Source of the DNA: Paraspadella gotoi
Lineage: Eukaryota; Animalia; Chaetognatha
NCBI GenBank assembly: GCA_051294375.1
Contig: CM119271.1
Span: forward strand, 16,064,770-16,128,769
Length of the DNA stretch: 64,000 nt
Direction of reading: 5' to 3'
Both the position numbers and the translations under genes were made by a program. Under the pieces are notes generated by a model. It was not told the origin of the DNA. It was given only the letters and a program-made list of their open reading frames with translations, and did not search any database. Positions 62,544 through 64,000 of the stretch are shown in pieces (position 1 is the first letter of the stretch; the number at the start of each line of letters is the position of its first letter).

Positions 62544-64000
62544 ATGATCGACGTCTGCGAGATTCAGCGGGCCACGCCGCCGGATGACGTCGTCGACGGC
62601 GTCGCCCGGCGCCGTAATTGTCTGGCACCGCTACAGCCACCGCAGCAGCAGCAACAACAGCAGCTTCCGCTGGATTTGATCTACGTGACGGAGAGAATCA
62701 TTTCGATTTCTTTTCCTGCGTCCTCTAATGACGGGTGAGTGAAGAAGTGTTTATAATTATTATTATTATAAAGCTTTATTTATTAAGGATAATTAATCAA
62801 ACGAAATGAGAAATCACATGTTTACTCAATTCCACAAATTTTTTTTCTTATTAATAACAAAAACGATATTAACACAATAAAAAACAGTAACGAAATCAAT
62901 AACACCGTAAAAAGTCTGGAACACGGTAAATAAATAAATACTACACAGATCACAAAAATATACCCAAACCACTAACATCAATAACATATAACACTACTGG
63001 AATGTTATAAAATGTTAAAAACGAAAAACATATTTTTTCATGATATCATTAATATATGTCATGAACCTATTAATAAGAAACTATAAAAACATTCATTCAT
63101 TTTGTAATTTTGAGTATTGACTGAGATCATGAACTCTTCACCTAATCCATGACGGACGCTTCCTTGAGCTGAAGTTTGGGAATCAAAATATTCATTAAAT
63201 TTTAATATTATTTGATATTTAAAGTTTAAAATAAGTTATCATTCTCGTTCAGTAAAACCTTAAAATATTCTGAGGTTTAAATAAAAAAAATGGCTTGGCT
63301 TAAAACATGAACATTAATCTTTCCGAATGCTACAATATGCAAATTAGAGTTAAAAACATCGTCTTATTCCATAAAGAATTTTCTGTTCATCCCTGACATT
63401 AATCACCATAGGGATCAATTAGAGGAGGTTTCTCGAATGCTGCGACTCAAACACGGGACGAAGTTCGTTATTTTCAATTTGTCGGAAAAACCCGCGGGAA
63501 TTTTGCGTTCAGAGATTCAAGTAAAAAATTAGCACTAGTAACCTAATGACTAGATTAATGATTAAATAATAAATATATCTCCCTCCAAAGGTGGTGGACT
63601 TCAGCTGGCCAGAAGGACTGGCGCCGCCGCTGGAGCGGCTCTGCGGCGTCTGCAAAGCGATGGACTCTTGGCTAAACGCGGATCCGCGTAACGTCGTAGT
63701 ACTTCGCTGCGTCTCGCCCGGAGGGGCGCGCCCCCCTGGGAGGACGGGCGTCGTCGTAGCCGCTTACCTTCACTACAGGTAAAGTTCAAGCGTTCTTGGT
63801 ATAAATGCGGCCCTGAGAGGGGAGTAATACTTTATGATATAAATTGATTTTACGTCAAAAAACGAGAAGAAGGCGCATTTGCGTAAAGATTCGCTTTCAA
63901 AGTTCTTTGGATTTGTTTCCACTCTTCTCAAATCTCGCCATCGGCTTAATCTTTAATTAAATCTCCGTAGCAACATCTGCGCAAGCGCGGATCAGGCGTT
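62544..64000 (+). CDS. Tensin, N-terminal PTEN-like domain (runs off the window)
   Basis: [29 protein letters not shown]...[43 protein letters not shown]...[23 protein letters not shown]. Confidence 0.92.

Overview
Eukaryotic, animal-type genomic DNA with AT-rich introns and GC/CpG-rich exons, and one 10-N gap at 47661-47670. Splicing exons by eye at GT-AG junctions gives 13 protein-coding genes, all on the + strand: multi-Tudor protein, C2H2 zinc-finger protein, POLR3E/RPC5, cation-independent mannose-6-phosphate receptor-like protein, CSTF3, C1D, a PWWP-MATH-BTB protein, ATP synthase delta, CDC123, RNF13/167-like PA-TM-RING ligase, an F-box-like/beta-propeller protein, an intronless hnRNP A/B/D-like gene and the start of tensin. 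Most stop-to-start gaps are under 1 kb. Highlights: (1) a strictly unidirectional, tightly packed cluster with acceptor-like sites upstream of start codons, suggesting operon-like transcription with trans-splicing; (2) a SPOP-like MATH-BTB adaptor fused to a PWWP chromatin reader; (3) a non-autonomous DIRS-type retroelement with intact ITRs and an ICR, inserted at an AAATT core in an 18-bp minisatellite; (4) several small repeat families and repeated tandem duplication of splice junctions. CDS coordinates are genomic spans including introns. All calls come from manual reading; no database search was run.
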